Counted from the first letter of the stretch, positions 17,593-28,598 are shown. The stretch is 64,000 bases of DNA from a virus (IMGVR_UViG_3300005686_000008); one strand, 5' to 3'. Notes: generated by a model not told the origin, from the letters alone. Program-made: numbers and translations.

Positions 17593-19293
17593 ATGGCAAA
17601 CTATGGAAAGTTGACTGGTTCTCTTAGCTCCAAGACCCCAAAGGCTACCCCTCAGACGGTACAGACTCCTGGAACCGTTCAGAATAACGCCGGTGGTTTC
17701 GTTTTTGAGATTAATAAGTGGGACCGCCTGGACCGCTTCCTGATCCTCGGTACGGATGGGGCAACCTATTACTGTACTGAGCGCAAGATGACTCTTGATA
17801 ATGCTAAGAACGTTATTGAGTGCATTAAGGAGGATGGTCTGCGCACCGTTCAGCGCATCGTTGAAATCAGCGATGCTGGTCGCGCTCCAAAGAACGACCC
17901 TGCCTTGTTTGCTCTTGCGCTTTGCGCAGGTCATGATTCGGCTACGCCCGAGACTCGTCGCGCTGCTCTTGCTGCGCTTCCGAAGGTTGCTCGTATTGGA
18001 ACTCACTTGTTCCAGTTCGCGCACTTCGTTGACGGTTTCCGTGGTTGGGGTTCTGGTCTTCGTAACGCTATCGCCAACTGGTATAACGGTATGAAGCCTG
18101 ACCGCTTGGCTCTTCAGGTTGTCAAGTATCCTCAGCGCACCGCAGAAGAGGGTAACTCCAAGTCTTCCTGGTCGCATGATGACTTGCTTCGCAAGTGTCA
18201 CGCAAGGGGCGACGAGCTTCACAATATGATCTATGCTTATGTAACTCGCGAAGGCAAGTTGCCTGACCCTGTACCTGAGCAGCTTGTTATCCTTGAGGGT
18301 GCAAGCAAGATCAAGGGTCAGACTAACCCGAGCATCGTTGCTTCTCTTGTCGAGGAGTACCAGCTTCCTCACGAGCTGATCCCGAAGGAAGTCGCTAACG
18401 ATCCGAAGGTATGGCAGGCTCTCTTGCCTCACATGCCTATCACCGCTACTATGCGCGTTCTCAACCGCCTTACTTCGTATGGAGTTCTTAAGCCGTTCTC
18501 CAGCGAACTCAAGATGGTTACTGAGCGCTTGACCAACGTTGAGCAGATCAAGAAGGGTCGCGTTCACCCGTTGGCCGTTCTTGGCGCTCTCAAGACTTAC
18601 TCCGCAGGTCGCGGAGTTCGCGGAAGCCTTACCTGGTCGCCAATCGCCCAGGTATCTGACGCTCTCAACGAGATGCTTTACCTTGCGTTCGACGCAATCG
18701 AGCCAACTGGTAAGAACATCCTTTTGGGTCTTGACGTTTCTGGTTCTATGACCGGCGGTAGCGTTGGTGGACTTGACTTCGTTACGCCTCGCGAGGCATC
18801 TGCTGTTATGGCGATGGTTACGGCGCGCAGCGAAAAGAACTGGCACGTTATCGGCTTCACTTCTGGCGGATATTCCTACGAGAAGGGAACTTCTGGTAGG
18901 TATGGTTTCGGCGGGAACTACGGAGTTACCGAAATCAATATCAGCCCGAAGGACAAGCTTGATACGGTTTGCAACAAGATTGAGAAGCTTCCAATGGGAG
19001 GTACTGATTGTGCCCTGCCGATCATGTATGCTCTTGAGAAGGGTCTTAATGTTGACGCCTTCGTTACCTACACGGATAACGAGACTTGGGCTGGTTCTAT
19101 CAAGCCTCACGAGGCTTTGAAGATGTATCGCAATCAGCGTAACCCGCAGGCGAAGGTGATTGCGGTTGGTATGACGGCTACGGAGTACAGCATCGTTGAC
19201 GAGAACGACGCAGGTTCTATGAACTTCGTTGGATTCGACACGAGCGCCCCGGCTCTCATGGCGGACTTCATCCGTAAGGATTTGCGCCGCTAA
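17593..19293 (+). CDS. rsr: Ro60/Rsr TROVE-domain RNA-binding protein
   Basis: NNAGGFVF, LDRFLILGTDGATYY, GRAPKNDPALFALA, RIGTHLFQF, RGWGSG, SHDDLLR, vWA MIDAS DVSGSM, GGTDCALP, YTDNETW. Confidence 0.96.
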   Translation: MANYGKLTGSLSSKTPKATPQTVQTPGTVQNNAGGFVFEINKWDRLDRFLILGTDGATYYCTERKMTLDNAKNVIECIKEDGLRTVQRIVEISDAGRAPKNDPALFALALCAGHDSATPETRRAALAALPKVARIGTHLFQFAHFVDGFRGWGSGLRNAIANWYNGMKPDRLALQVVKYPQRTAEEGNSKSSWSHDDLLRKCHARGDELHNMIYAYVTREGKLPDPVPEQLVILEGASKIKGQTNPSIVASLVEEYQLPHELIPKEVANDPKVWQALLPHMPITATMRVLNRLTSYGVLKPFSSELKMVTERLTNVEQIKKGRVHPLAVLGALKTYSAGRGVRGSLTWSPIAQVSDALNEMLYLAFDAIEPTGKNILLGLDVSGSMTGGSVGGLDFVTPREASAVMAMVTARSEKNWHVIGFTSGGYSYEKGTSGRYGFGGNYGVTEINISPKDKLDTVCNKIEKLPMGGTDCALPIMYALEKGLNVDAFVTYTDNETWAGSIKPHEALKMYRNQRNPQAKVIAVGMTATEYSIVDENDAGSMNFVGFDTSAPALMADFIRKDLRR

Positions 19294-19319
19294 CCGTTCT
19301 ACAGGCTAAACTTTCACAT

Positions 19320-19351
19320 GCCCCTCGGTGGACTCCATCGAGGGGCTTTTC
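19320..19351 (+). terminator. Intrinsic terminator after Ro60
   Basis: GCCCCTCGGTGG-act-CCATCGAGGGGC-TTTT. Confidence 0.8.
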
Positions 19352-19372
19352 ATTTAAGCCGACAATTTTGCA

Positions 19373-22300
19373 ATGCTACCTCCATATAAACCCTTTGACT
19401 TTAATTCACCTGAAAAGGCGATGATTTACTATGCTAATGACGGCAAAAGCCCTCCCTGGGGTTCTTATCCTTGCGTAGCATGCAGAGGAAAGGGATGGGA
19501 TTATGACCCAGACGACCCTCCCGATCCAGTCGAAGGATATAAACTTGTACGAAGATTGAAATGCAGCAAGTGTAAAGGTCAAAAATATTCAACCTCGGCA
19601 GAAGATAAAGCTGGCTTTGAAAACTTCATAGAAGAAAGCAGAAGAAACTATGAAGCCAAAGTAAAAGAATATGAAAATCACACCAAAACTGTAGCAGAAG
19701 CTTTATCCAAACTTAACGAAGTCGAAATAAACGCTCTTAAGAAAGAATGGACCAAAAGGAATTTTCAATTATGAAAACCACTAGATGTCAAGACTGCTTA
19801 TCTGAGTTTACGGATAAAGAAATAGAGGGAGCAACAAGTTGCCCTTCTTGTAACTCGACTAGAAGGCCTATTTGGATATCTGAAGATGTTCTTCTTCCTA
19901 TAAACTGGCATGAGCTTCGCTGTTTGACCATATGGGCATCAAACTGGGCAGAAACCTTTCCAGATGATGAAGATCATAATGACTCAAAGATTTGGTTCCA
20001 GAGACTTCTAAACAGGATTAATAAGCTCAGACCTCCCGGTGGAGGGGCTTTAACTTTGGTACAGGAAGTGAAAGAACTCCAAAGGTTCTTTCCTTCTGCC
20101 GAGTTGATAGATGGAAAAGGAACAACCATAGTTCCTCCAAAAGAAGAAATAGAAAGGAAAGAAGAATGAAAATTGCTATTGTTGTAACCAAAAAGGGTAG
20201 GATTTGCCCTGATTATGGATTTTGGCCCGATCCTGAAGAGGCTTTCAGAAGTCTTGTTGAAATGAGTGAAAATGGCAATAAAGCCTTAGAGAAACATAAT
20301 GTTATTGTTTATGATCTCAAGAAGCTTGTTAGCTTTCTTGCTCCCGATAAAACAATTCCTGGCGTTGATTCAGACTATTATGAAGTAGAGGAAGAAGAAT
20401 GAAAAAGATTCTTGCAGTTTCGTTTTTGGCTATTCTAATTTCTGGTTGTATATCTGCCAAAAAACAAAAGAATCCTCTTGAAGATATTGCAAACCCGCAT
20501 GTTATTGTAAAACCAGGAAGCGTTGTAACAATAAGCGTAGAAAATATGTTTATTTATGATGCCAAAGATGTCTGTATTGATATATGTAAAGACGGAGAAA
20601 TAGTTGTTACTTTTACTGAAGTTTCTACAGGCAATAGATGCTCGGTATGGGGTGACGTACAAGTTGTTAACTTGTCTGAGAGCGAATGGAAAGTTAGAGA
20701 TTATTCGAGAGAATAAAAATGAAATGCAAAGTTGTACGAAAAGAGAAATGGAATGTATGGGGAATGAATGATGGTTCCCTTTATATATTTCATGAAGACG
20801 ACTTCGATGGAGACGTATTCAAAAATCTCAAGGTCGGGGATGAAATAAATAACAAAAACTATTGGTATAAGATGAACCGCAAAACGCTTAGCAAGGTTCT
20901 TAAATCAATAAAGCCAAAGAAAAAGAAAAACTACAACAAGGCTATGGTCTTTCTTGATAATCCAATAAAGGTCCAACATAAGACAAATTCTTTTGGCGGC
21001 ATTCCTGACGGTTCTGTAGTTAAAGCCTACCTTATCGCCTCAAAGGGCGGGCAGCACCTTATTTATTGCGCGAAAGACTGTTTCTTTGATGGAGAAATTG
21101 ATAGCGGAACAGGTTCTGTAAATATATGCGTAAAGAGGGGAAACTACTACTATGGCAAATACAAAAATGACAACATTATGAGAGGATGGAGGAATGTTGG
21201 CGAAGAAAGCATTGCCGAATTCCTTAACCGATTCCTTGATGGTTTACTTGGAGACTATTATGAAGAAGAGGATCTTGTAAGCAAATACACAGATACTCAG
21301 CTCAATAAGGTCTTCAAGAAGATTGATGCTATTGAGTTAGCTGAAGCAAAAAAGCAACTGGCAAAGCATAAAAAGGAAGAATAATGATAGTCGCAAAAAC
21401 TACGCCTACAGATCAAGGTGTTATAATTGACTTCTTTGATGAAGATGGCGATTCCGTATCAATATGTTTGTCGGTAGAAGATGCATCTAAGTTCAAAGAA
21501 GACCTATCAGTGGCGATAGAAGAGGCAAAGAGATTGGTTCCAAGAACAGACAATCCAACTCCCGGATATGCGGGGGAGCCAACAGATATAAACTTTGGAG
21601 GGAGTGATTTCTAATGTCATTTACGATTCTTGTTACATGCGAAAATATTGGCGGAGTAGAATTCAAGAACTATGAAGGCATAGTTACTCTTGAAAAGGTT
21701 CAAAACGTAGACATTGATAGTTACAATATTGAAGCCCTTGTTGAAATGATAGGTCAAGATAGAGTTCTTGATGCTATTGGTAGAGAAGCGGTTATAAAGT
21801 ATTTTGACATTGAAGAAAAGGATGAATAATGGATTTGCGCAAGAAAATAAAGGTGTCTTCGTATCATCGAATCAATATTCCGCTTGGAGAGTCTTATACC
21901 GTTGACGATGAAGATGGTAATGAAACAACTGAATACGGGACAGTTGATAGGACTACTTTATCTGAGATTCTTTCTGAAATTGAAACATTAGGTATTCCTA
22001 GTTCAGAGTTTGAAAATATTCACATTTTTATTGATTATGAAAACCGTCATGATCCATCAATAACAGTTGAATATAGAAAACAAAAGACTCAAGAAGAGAT
22101 GGACAAGGAAATGGAATCCCTGCGTAAGGAATACGAAAAGAAACAGAAAGATAAAGAAAGAGCGCATCAGGAAAAGATGAAGAAGAAATCTGAAAAGCAG
22201 AAGATTATTGCTTCTCTTACGCCAGAACAGAGAAAGGCTTTAGGGTACGATGGCAACTCCTTATCCTAAACTAGTGGCATCTCTAACTCACATGCATGAT

Positions 22301-23796
22301 GCTTGGGTTGTTGGTAGCGCCGCAGACCCAGGAAATGAGAAGCCGAGAGATTGGGATGTTATGGTTCCTTTTTCCCAGTGGAATGCCGCTTCACAACTCA
22401 TTCCAAAAGATGCAAAACCAAACACCTTTGGTGGTTGGAAGGTAAAAACGGAAGAAGGCGACGAAATTGATGTATGGCCCGGAGAACTAGGGGTTCTGAT
22501 GCAAAATGCCAAAGCGAGGTATGCGTGGCACGTTAGGACCGGAACGAGGCTATTAGTTCAAAGAGATTCTCAATGATTTTTACAAGAGAAAAGCTCACAG
22601 ATGAGTTTTGCAACATTGCCGCCTTTATGGACGAAAATGCAGAACTGGTATTAGAATTGTACAATAAAGCCTTGATGTTGAACCTTGATGCACCAGAAAC
22701 TGGAGCAGAAAGTCACGGCATTCTTTGCACAATTGTGGCTGTTTGTTTGCTTTCAAACGAAGAAGACCCCAAGTATCCTCTTTCTTATGAAGAAGAAGAT
22801 TTACAACGCATTGCTGAGGTTGCCGAGGGTGTTGACTTCTTAGTTACTCTTCAAAGTATGGTTAATAACGGTTCTATTATAGAGAGTAAAATAGACGGCA
22901 GGATTCATTACACAACAGCCCCGGAGAAGATTGCAAATGGCAACAAGAAAGCCCGTAAAAGCAAAACCAGTAGCAAGAAAAAGAAGAAGTAATACAAAGT
23001 TCAAGTGGTACGACAAGAAAGATACTTCCTTTCTTGCCATAAAGAACAAATACGGCGATGAATACAATGTTCCCATCTACAGAGTAGATGGAGAAACTAT
23101 ATATACTTTCGAGATAATAGGCCCCATTTCTGCTATTGATAGCGGCGAAGGAAAAACTATCAAGGAATGCAAAATGAAGGCCATTAAAATCCTCGCCTCC
23201 TTTTTGAACATCAAGAACATGGTGAACGCATGAGTAGGGTCAAGAAGAACATACAAGTTGGACAGTATTGGCGAGTCAAGTACAGGAAGTATGAAGATAT
23301 TGTTCTCGTAAAAGAAGTCGTTCCCGAAGAAGACGGATTTTCATGTATCGTTTCTCAGGATATTGATAGACCATATGTTAACTACTTTTCTGGAGAACTC
23401 TTCAAGGAACAAGACTTTGTTGAGCAGTTAGATAAAAAGTGCTTTTATATATCAAGGTCTAAATTCCTTATGGAAGAAACAACAAAATGCTTAAAAATAG
23501 CAGCAAAGGAGTAAGTTATGTTTGAGTTCTTTATAGTAAAAGGCAGCAAAGATGAACCTTTTTACAAAGCATCTGATGATATCTGCTTTCCGGATATACT
23601 GAAAGCTTGGCAACAGATCGCCTATCTCGCTGAAACAAATAATAAAAGGATAACGGATTATTACATAGTAAGACTTGCGGCTACTAACCATGAAGAGATT
23701 ACGCAATGCTTCTGGGCTGCTGCTAATGGACAGGGAGCGAAGATAAAATCGTATAAGGTTCTGAATTCTATAGCCATACATGAGGGAGACCCATGA
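19373..23796 (+). other. Run of about 14 short hypothetical ORFs
   Basis: Overlapping start/stop codons; several CxxC Zn ribbons and one lipoprotein-like ORF (20399-20716). Confidence 0.6.
22250..22576 (+). CDS. Minimal Pol-beta-superfamily nucleotidyltransferase
   Basis: VVGSAA...PRDWDVMV...IDVW (hG[GS]..DxD..D). Confidence 0.6.
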   Translation: MATPYPKLVASLTHMHDAWVVGSAADPGNEKPRDWDVMVPFSQWNAASQLIPKDAKPNTFGGWKVKTEEGDEIDVWPGELGVLMQNAKARYAWHVRTGTRLLVQRDSQ

Positions 23797-24350
23797 TTAG
23801 AAGAAGAGTAAATTTCTATGCAGGGCCTGGCGTAGGTAAATCAACAACCGCTTCTTTTGTTTTTGCCGCGATAAAGAACAAGATTATCCATGAAGGATTA
23901 GATGTTCAGGTTGAACTTGTTCAAGAATACATAAAGTCTTGGGCTTGGGAAGGACGAAAACCAAGAGGATTTGATCAAGTTTATGTTTGCGCAAAGCAAA
24001 TGAGAAGAGAAGAAATTCCTTTACGCAACGGCGTTGATATGGTTATATCAGACTCTCCTCTTCTTCTTCAGTGCGCTTATGCCAAGAAAAACGATGTTCC
24101 ATGCTGGGAACATCTTGTTGGAATGGTTGAAGAGTTTGAAAAGGAATATCCATCTATTCATATCTTCTTGGAAAGGGGGGATAGACCATACGTTGCTAAG
24201 GGTAGATATGAAACCCCAGAGCAGGCGAGAATAATGGATAATTACGTTAGAAGTATGTTGACTCTGTATGCTCCATTTTTTACGAGTGTAAGCTATACAG
24301 ATACGGATAGAATTGTCGAAATGATTATGCCAGAAATAAGGAGCAAATAA
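23793..24350 (+). CDS. NadR/AAA_28-like P-loop kinase
   Basis: AGPGVGKST, VQEYIK, ISDSPLL. Confidence 0.75.
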   Translation: MIRRRVNFYAGPGVGKSTTASFVFAAIKNKIIHEGLDVQVELVQEYIKSWAWEGRKPRGFDQVYVCAKQMRREEIPLRNGVDMVISDSPLLLQCAYAKKNDVPCWEHLVGMVEEFEKEYPSIHIFLERGDRPYVAKGRYETPEQARIMDNYVRSMLTLYAPFFTSVSYTDTDRIVEMIMPEIRSK

Positions 24351-24881
24351 ATGTTTAGTATGAATCTTGCAGAAATGATGGTAAGACTTAGCTTTGATCT
24401 TCACGAAATGCAGGCTGGATTTCTCAATCAAGATGAGCAAATCGTTAGAGATAGCATCGTTAAGATGATGATGTCTTTGGAAGAGATTTACACCGAATTC
24501 AGTATCACAGACAGGCAAATGCAAGAGAACCTTGCTCAGTCTCAAGCCTGTTGCGGCGGCGGATGTAGCTGCCAGCCATCTAGCGGAAATGTTCACCCCG
24601 GCTTTTCTGCATACAGTTCAGTTAAACCTCAATCGCCTACTCCCGTTACTCAGCCAACGAAAACTGATAGCGATTGGATAATGGTAGTAAGCTCTAATAT
24701 TGCTGCTATCAAATACGATGATGAGTCAGAGACTCTTTCAGTTAGATTTAAGGACGGAGATGAATATGAATATTTTGATGTTCCTTCCGGTCTATATGAT
24801 GATTTTATGAGCGCTTCGTCTAAGGGAAGATTCTTCCATCAGAATATCAAGGATAATTACTTTTACAACAGGCTGAATTAA
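24351..24881 (+). CDS. KTSC domain protein
   Basis: C-terminal VSSNIAAIKYD...L.VRF..G..YEY.DVP....SKGRFFHQNIK. Confidence 0.85.
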   Translation: MFSMNLAEMMVRLSFDLHEMQAGFLNQDEQIVRDSIVKMMMSLEEIYTEFSITDRQMQENLAQSQACCGGGCSCQPSSGNVHPGFSAYSSVKPQSPTPVTQPTKTDSDWIMVVSSNIAAIKYDDESETLSVRFKDGDEYEYFDVPSGLYDDFMSASSKGRFFHQNIKDNYFYNRLN

Positions 24882-25507
24882 TGGAAACGTCAGATATCAT
24901 CATGCGAGCGGCTTTGGCTATGGTTGAAATGGACCCATCTATCAATATAGATGAAGCCAAAAAGAGAATAATGAAGCATACCGGGTTTCCTGCCACAAAG
25001 GAAAACAGAGACAGATCTTATACTCGCCTAAGTTGGGACTCGTATTTTATGTCTCTGGCTTTCCTTGTGGCGATGAGGTCTCCTGATTCTCAAACCCAGC
25101 ATGGTTGCGTTATAGTTGATCCTGATAATAGAGTCATTTCAACTGGCTATAATGGTTTCCTACAAGGCGCTAACGATCTTGAGATGCCAAATAAAAGGCC
25201 CGAGAAATATCAACACATAATCCATTCAGAAGTAAACGCCATACTTGCAGCAAAACAGGATTTGAAAGATTGCATGCTTTATGTTACTGGGCCTCCGTGC
25301 AACGAATGTCTTAAGTTGATAGCGAAGGTTGGAATTAAAAACATTGTGATTGGCGATAGAGGGCATGTAACCTCAGACGGATACTTGGAACTTCATACTC
25401 TTATTTGTTCAATGCATAATATCAATGTAAGAAAGTTTATTGGCAAACTTGCTTATCTTGATGGCAGAGAGATAGAAAAGGACGATTCTGGTTATGCGAA
25501 GCAGTGA
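24881..25507 (+). CDS. dCMP deaminase
   Basis: WDSYFM, RSPD, STGYNG, HSEVNAI, PCNEC. Confidence 0.9.
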   Translation: METSDIIMRAALAMVEMDPSINIDEAKKRIMKHTGFPATKENRDRSYTRLSWDSYFMSLAFLVAMRSPDSQTQHGCVIVDPDNRVISTGYNGFLQGANDLEMPNKRPEKYQHIIHSEVNAILAAKQDLKDCMLYVTGPPCNECLKLIAKVGIKNIVIGDRGHVTSDGYLELHTLICSMHNINVRKFIGKLAYLDGREIEKDDSGYAKQ

Positions 25508-25508
25508 G

Positions 25509-25920
25509 ATGTCAACAAGAAGGCTTCTTGAACTAAGAGATCTAGATTCTCTGGTTCTAGACATAGTGCTAAATGGTGAAAAAAACTGTCGATTGGAAAA
25601 TCGGAGTTCCACCTTTTTCGTCAAAAATCGAGTATTCTTGGGCTGTAGCCGAGAAAGTGAATCTGTTTGACACTATAATCGTTGCGAAAAAGGGGTTGGA
25701 ATGGTGGGCTTTCCGTAAGGGAACCGAACAACCAACTCTCTTTGGAGAAGGTCTTGAAAAGGAAATAGACTTGTTAGGACTCAAACCTGTTGCAATGGGT
25801 TTATCCTTTGAAGAAGTAGTTTGTAGAGCATCTCTTGTTTTGGCATCGGATAAGAAAAATGAGCAAACCAGTCGGTCCAATCAACAGTGTAATCGAGAAC
25901 CTGAGAAGGTTAGTTCCTGA
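25509..25920 (+). pseudogene. Phage ABA-sandwich-like protein interrupted by a +1 frameshift at an A7 run
   Basis: Frame from ATG 25509 gives RDLDSLVLDIVLNG; +1 frame gives PPFSSKIEYSWAVAEKV...VCRASL; junction GAAAAAAAC at 25578-25586. Confidence 0.5.
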
Positions 25921-26842
25921 CCGCGAAGAAAAAATTGCAATCTGTTGTTCAGGCGGGGCTGATTCTATGGCCCTGCTTTTTTGCGCGCAAAAATCAGGTT
26001 ACAACCTTCTTGTTATTCATTGCATGCATGACATGAGGCCATTGACTGAATCTCAAAAAGATAGAGACCTTGTAAGAGACTATTGCAAGTCTCACGATCT
26101 TCCATTTCATGAAGTGAATGTCTTCCTGAAAAACAAGATTCAAAATCCCACGGAAGAAGCGTATAGAGATTGTAGATATGATACAATCAAGAGGATTGCA
26201 AGCTTATATAGAGTAAGCTACGTTGCAACTGGACACCATGCTGATGATCAAATTGAAACAATGATCATGAAACTTTGCAGGGGTTCAGGACTGAGAGGTT
26301 TATCAGGCATTTCTGATAGACTCGTTGATGACGGTTTAATATATATTCGTCCTATGCTAGATATCTCTAAGCAAGATACTTACGATATTTGTAGTTTCAA
26401 CAAAATCCCATATAATGAAGATTCTACTAACAAGGATGTTGACTATACAAGAAATGCTATTCGGCAAAAAGTCCTACCTGTTCTAAAGGGGCTTTTCCCT
26501 AATTGCGCGCAGAAATCAAGCGATGCCGCAAGGATTCTTAGCAACGCGCAAGACCTTGCAAAGAGGTCTTGTTTAGACCTTGCAAAATATGAAACTGTTA
26601 GAGACCACTCCGTAAGCATTCCTACTGCTGCTATGGTTTTGTCTAATGATATTACGATTTATGAATGGCTTAGGGACGCATTCTCTAAAGTCGCAAGTAA
26701 GTCATATGATTCTATTAACAAAGAAAACGTGGATAAGGTAGTTTCAACAATCAGGACAAAAGGTTCAAAGAAGTTTGATTGGCCTTGCAAAGTAAAGGTT
26801 GTTGTAAACAGGAATGAGGTAAAACTAGAGTGTAAAGAATAG
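25859..26842 (+). CDS. tilS: tRNA(Ile)-lysidine synthetase
   Basis: SGGADSMAL, R..RY, TGHHADDQIET, RGSGLRGL, IRPML, EDSTN...YTRN.IR. Confidence 0.92.
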   Translation: MSKPVGPINSVIENLRRLVPDREEKIAICCSGGADSMALLFCAQKSGYNLLVIHCMHDMRPLTESQKDRDLVRDYCKSHDLPFHEVNVFLKNKIQNPTEEAYRDCRYDTIKRIASLYRVSYVATGHHADDQIETMIMKLCRGSGLRGLSGISDRLVDDGLIYIRPMLDISKQDTYDICSFNKIPYNEDSTNKDVDYTRNAIRQKVLPVLKGLFPNCAQKSSDAARILSNAQDLAKRSCLDLAKYETVRDHSVSIPTAAMVLSNDITIYEWLRDAFSKVASKSYDSINKENVDKVVSTIRTKGSKKFDWPCKVKVVVNRNEVKLECKE

Positions 26843-26857
26843 AGTTTTGGAGAAACT

Positions 26858-27766
26858 ATGGAAATCGCATATAAAGAACTATGGGACAACAGGCCTAAAT
26901 CTACAGAAGAATTGATTGATAAATATCTTTATATGACTAATCATACTGACAAAGAAAACTTGTCAGATGCTTTTTTGGGACTTCATGAAGCTATAACTAA
27001 ATTCGATCCTAATAAGGGGATTATGTTTGAAAAATTTGCTCCCCTTTATATCAAAGGAAGAGTTACGGATGGAGTACGTCAAGAAAAGAGATTGAGGGGC
27101 AATGCTATAATCTCTAAGAAAATGAAAGAAAAAGCAAAGGCAGATCAACTTTACAAAGAAACTGGAATAAGAGAACATAGCTCCACTTTCTATATCCAAA
27201 GCATTGATGGGAAAGCGGACTTTGGAGATGAAGACAAAACATTACTTCGTTCTCTTTCTGTAAAAAGAAGTTTGCCCCATCATTCTTTGTGTATTAAGGA
27301 GCTGGAAGATTTTGAATACAAAGTGTATACTCTTGTTACGGAGGGTCATTCTTTACTAAATGTAAGCGAGAGACTTGGAACAACAGAGTTTCATGTAACA
27401 GAGACTGTCAACTCTATCTATTCAAAGTTTTCTGGCAATCTTGAAAATAAACGAATAATAGATCCAAAAGCTAATAGGAAATCCGGTAAAAACTGGATTG
27501 ACTTTGATAAACTAGAAGACTTTTTTGTTTCAGATGTTTTTGATTGTCTGTCTGAAAGAGATAAAAAGATAATTACGCTTATTGTTCAAGGGTATACTTT
27601 TGCAAAGATTTGTAAGATATTCAACATGACACCATCTGGGATTGGCGCTGTTTACAAAAGATGTATGGATTCTCTTACAGATGAAAACGAAAGAAATAAA
27701 ATCATAAACTCTCATAGAAGAAGGATAGCTAATGGAACAAAAGAAGAAAGTCTCGCCAGTTGTTAA
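26858..27766 (+). CDS. RNA polymerase sigma factor, sigma70 family, FliA/WhiG-like region 2
   Basis: AFLGLHEAITKFDPNKGIMFEKFAPLYIKGRVTDGVR; two region-4-like HTHs (LSERDKKII...GYTFAKIC). Confidence 0.8.
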   Translation: MEIAYKELWDNRPKSTEELIDKYLYMTNHTDKENLSDAFLGLHEAITKFDPNKGIMFEKFAPLYIKGRVTDGVRQEKRLRGNAIISKKMKEKAKADQLYKETGIREHSSTFYIQSIDGKADFGDEDKTLLRSLSVKRSLPHHSLCIKELEDFEYKVYTLVTEGHSLLNVSERLGTTEFHVTETVNSIYSKFSGNLENKRIIDPKANRKSGKNWIDFDKLEDFFVSDVFDCLSERDKKIITLIVQGYTFAKICKIFNMTPSGIGAVYKRCMDSLTDENERNKIINSHRRRIANGTKEESLASC

Positions 27767-28598
27767 ATGGCTCATAGAAGAAGGCACCTTCTCCGAAGAC
27801 ATAACCCCTATTGTTGAAGAGATTCGCAATCAAGGAATGGTTGCAGAAACAACTCGCTATAAGCCATTTGAAAGTGGAGAGTACAATCAGTTTGGGGACG
27901 ACGACTGCGTTATAGTTCTTGGTTCTATTAACCTCATTCGTCAAATACAAAAGCAAAAACCCTGGATTCCTGGGTACTTTGCGAACTTCCACAATTTTGA
28001 TTGTCTTTGTTACTATGCTTATTTCGGCGAGTTTCTTTGGAACAAAGACTATTACATCATGCCGCTTGGAGATGTAAAAAGAAGGTTCGATTCCTTACAG
28101 CTCAAGCATGGAAGGCTGTTTATCCGTCCATGTAGCGGAACTAAGAACTTTACTGGTCAGATTCTGGACTACGGAGAACTACTTAGGTATCAAGACCAAT
28201 ACGGTAAACCGGACCTTCCTGTGGTAATTGCTCCTGCATTCGACATAAAGAGCGAGTTCCGTATCTTCTGCTCAGGAAACAGCGTTATTGCTGGTTCGAT
28301 GTATTATAATCAAAATGCGGACTATGAAACGGCTCCTATAGATTTGTCATCCGATGAGAAATATTCTTCTATAGCCGTAAAATACGCCCAGCATATCCTT
28401 GAAAACGTTTCCTGGAGGCCTGATAAGGTTTTCGCTATGGATATCGGGTTAGGTTGCGAAAGATTTGGAGCAGTACCCCAGCTTATCGAGATTAACAGTT
28501 TTAGCTGTAGCGGATGGTATAAGACCCCTCCTGCAAAATTAGTTGCAGAAGCGGCTCGCCTGGCTCGCGAAGAATGGGAAGAAATTAATAATATATAG
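27732..28598 (+). CDS. ATP-grasp protein (R2K/DUF4343-like)
   Basis: LFIRPCSGTKNFTGQ, EFRIF, GSMY, MDIG, IEINSFSCSGWY. Confidence 0.75.
   Translation: MEQKKKVSPVVKWLIEEGTFSEDITPIVEEIRNQGMVAETTRYKPFESGEYNQFGDDDCVIVLGSINLIRQIQKQKPWIPGYFANFHNFDCLCYYAYFGEFLWNKDYYIMPLGDVKRRFDSLQLKHGRLFIRPCSGTKNFTGQILDYGELLRYQDQYGKPDLPVVIAPAFDIKSEFRIFCSGNSVIAGSMYYNQNADYETAPIDLSSDEKYSSIAVKYAQHILENVSWRPDKVFAMDIGLGCERFGAVPQLIEINSFSCSGWYKTPPAKLVAEAARLAREEWEEINNI

Noticed and set aside
17377-19110. 577-aa minus-strand ORF
   Set aside because: Antisense shadow of the Ro60 gene with no recognisable motifs; explained by Ro60 codon bias
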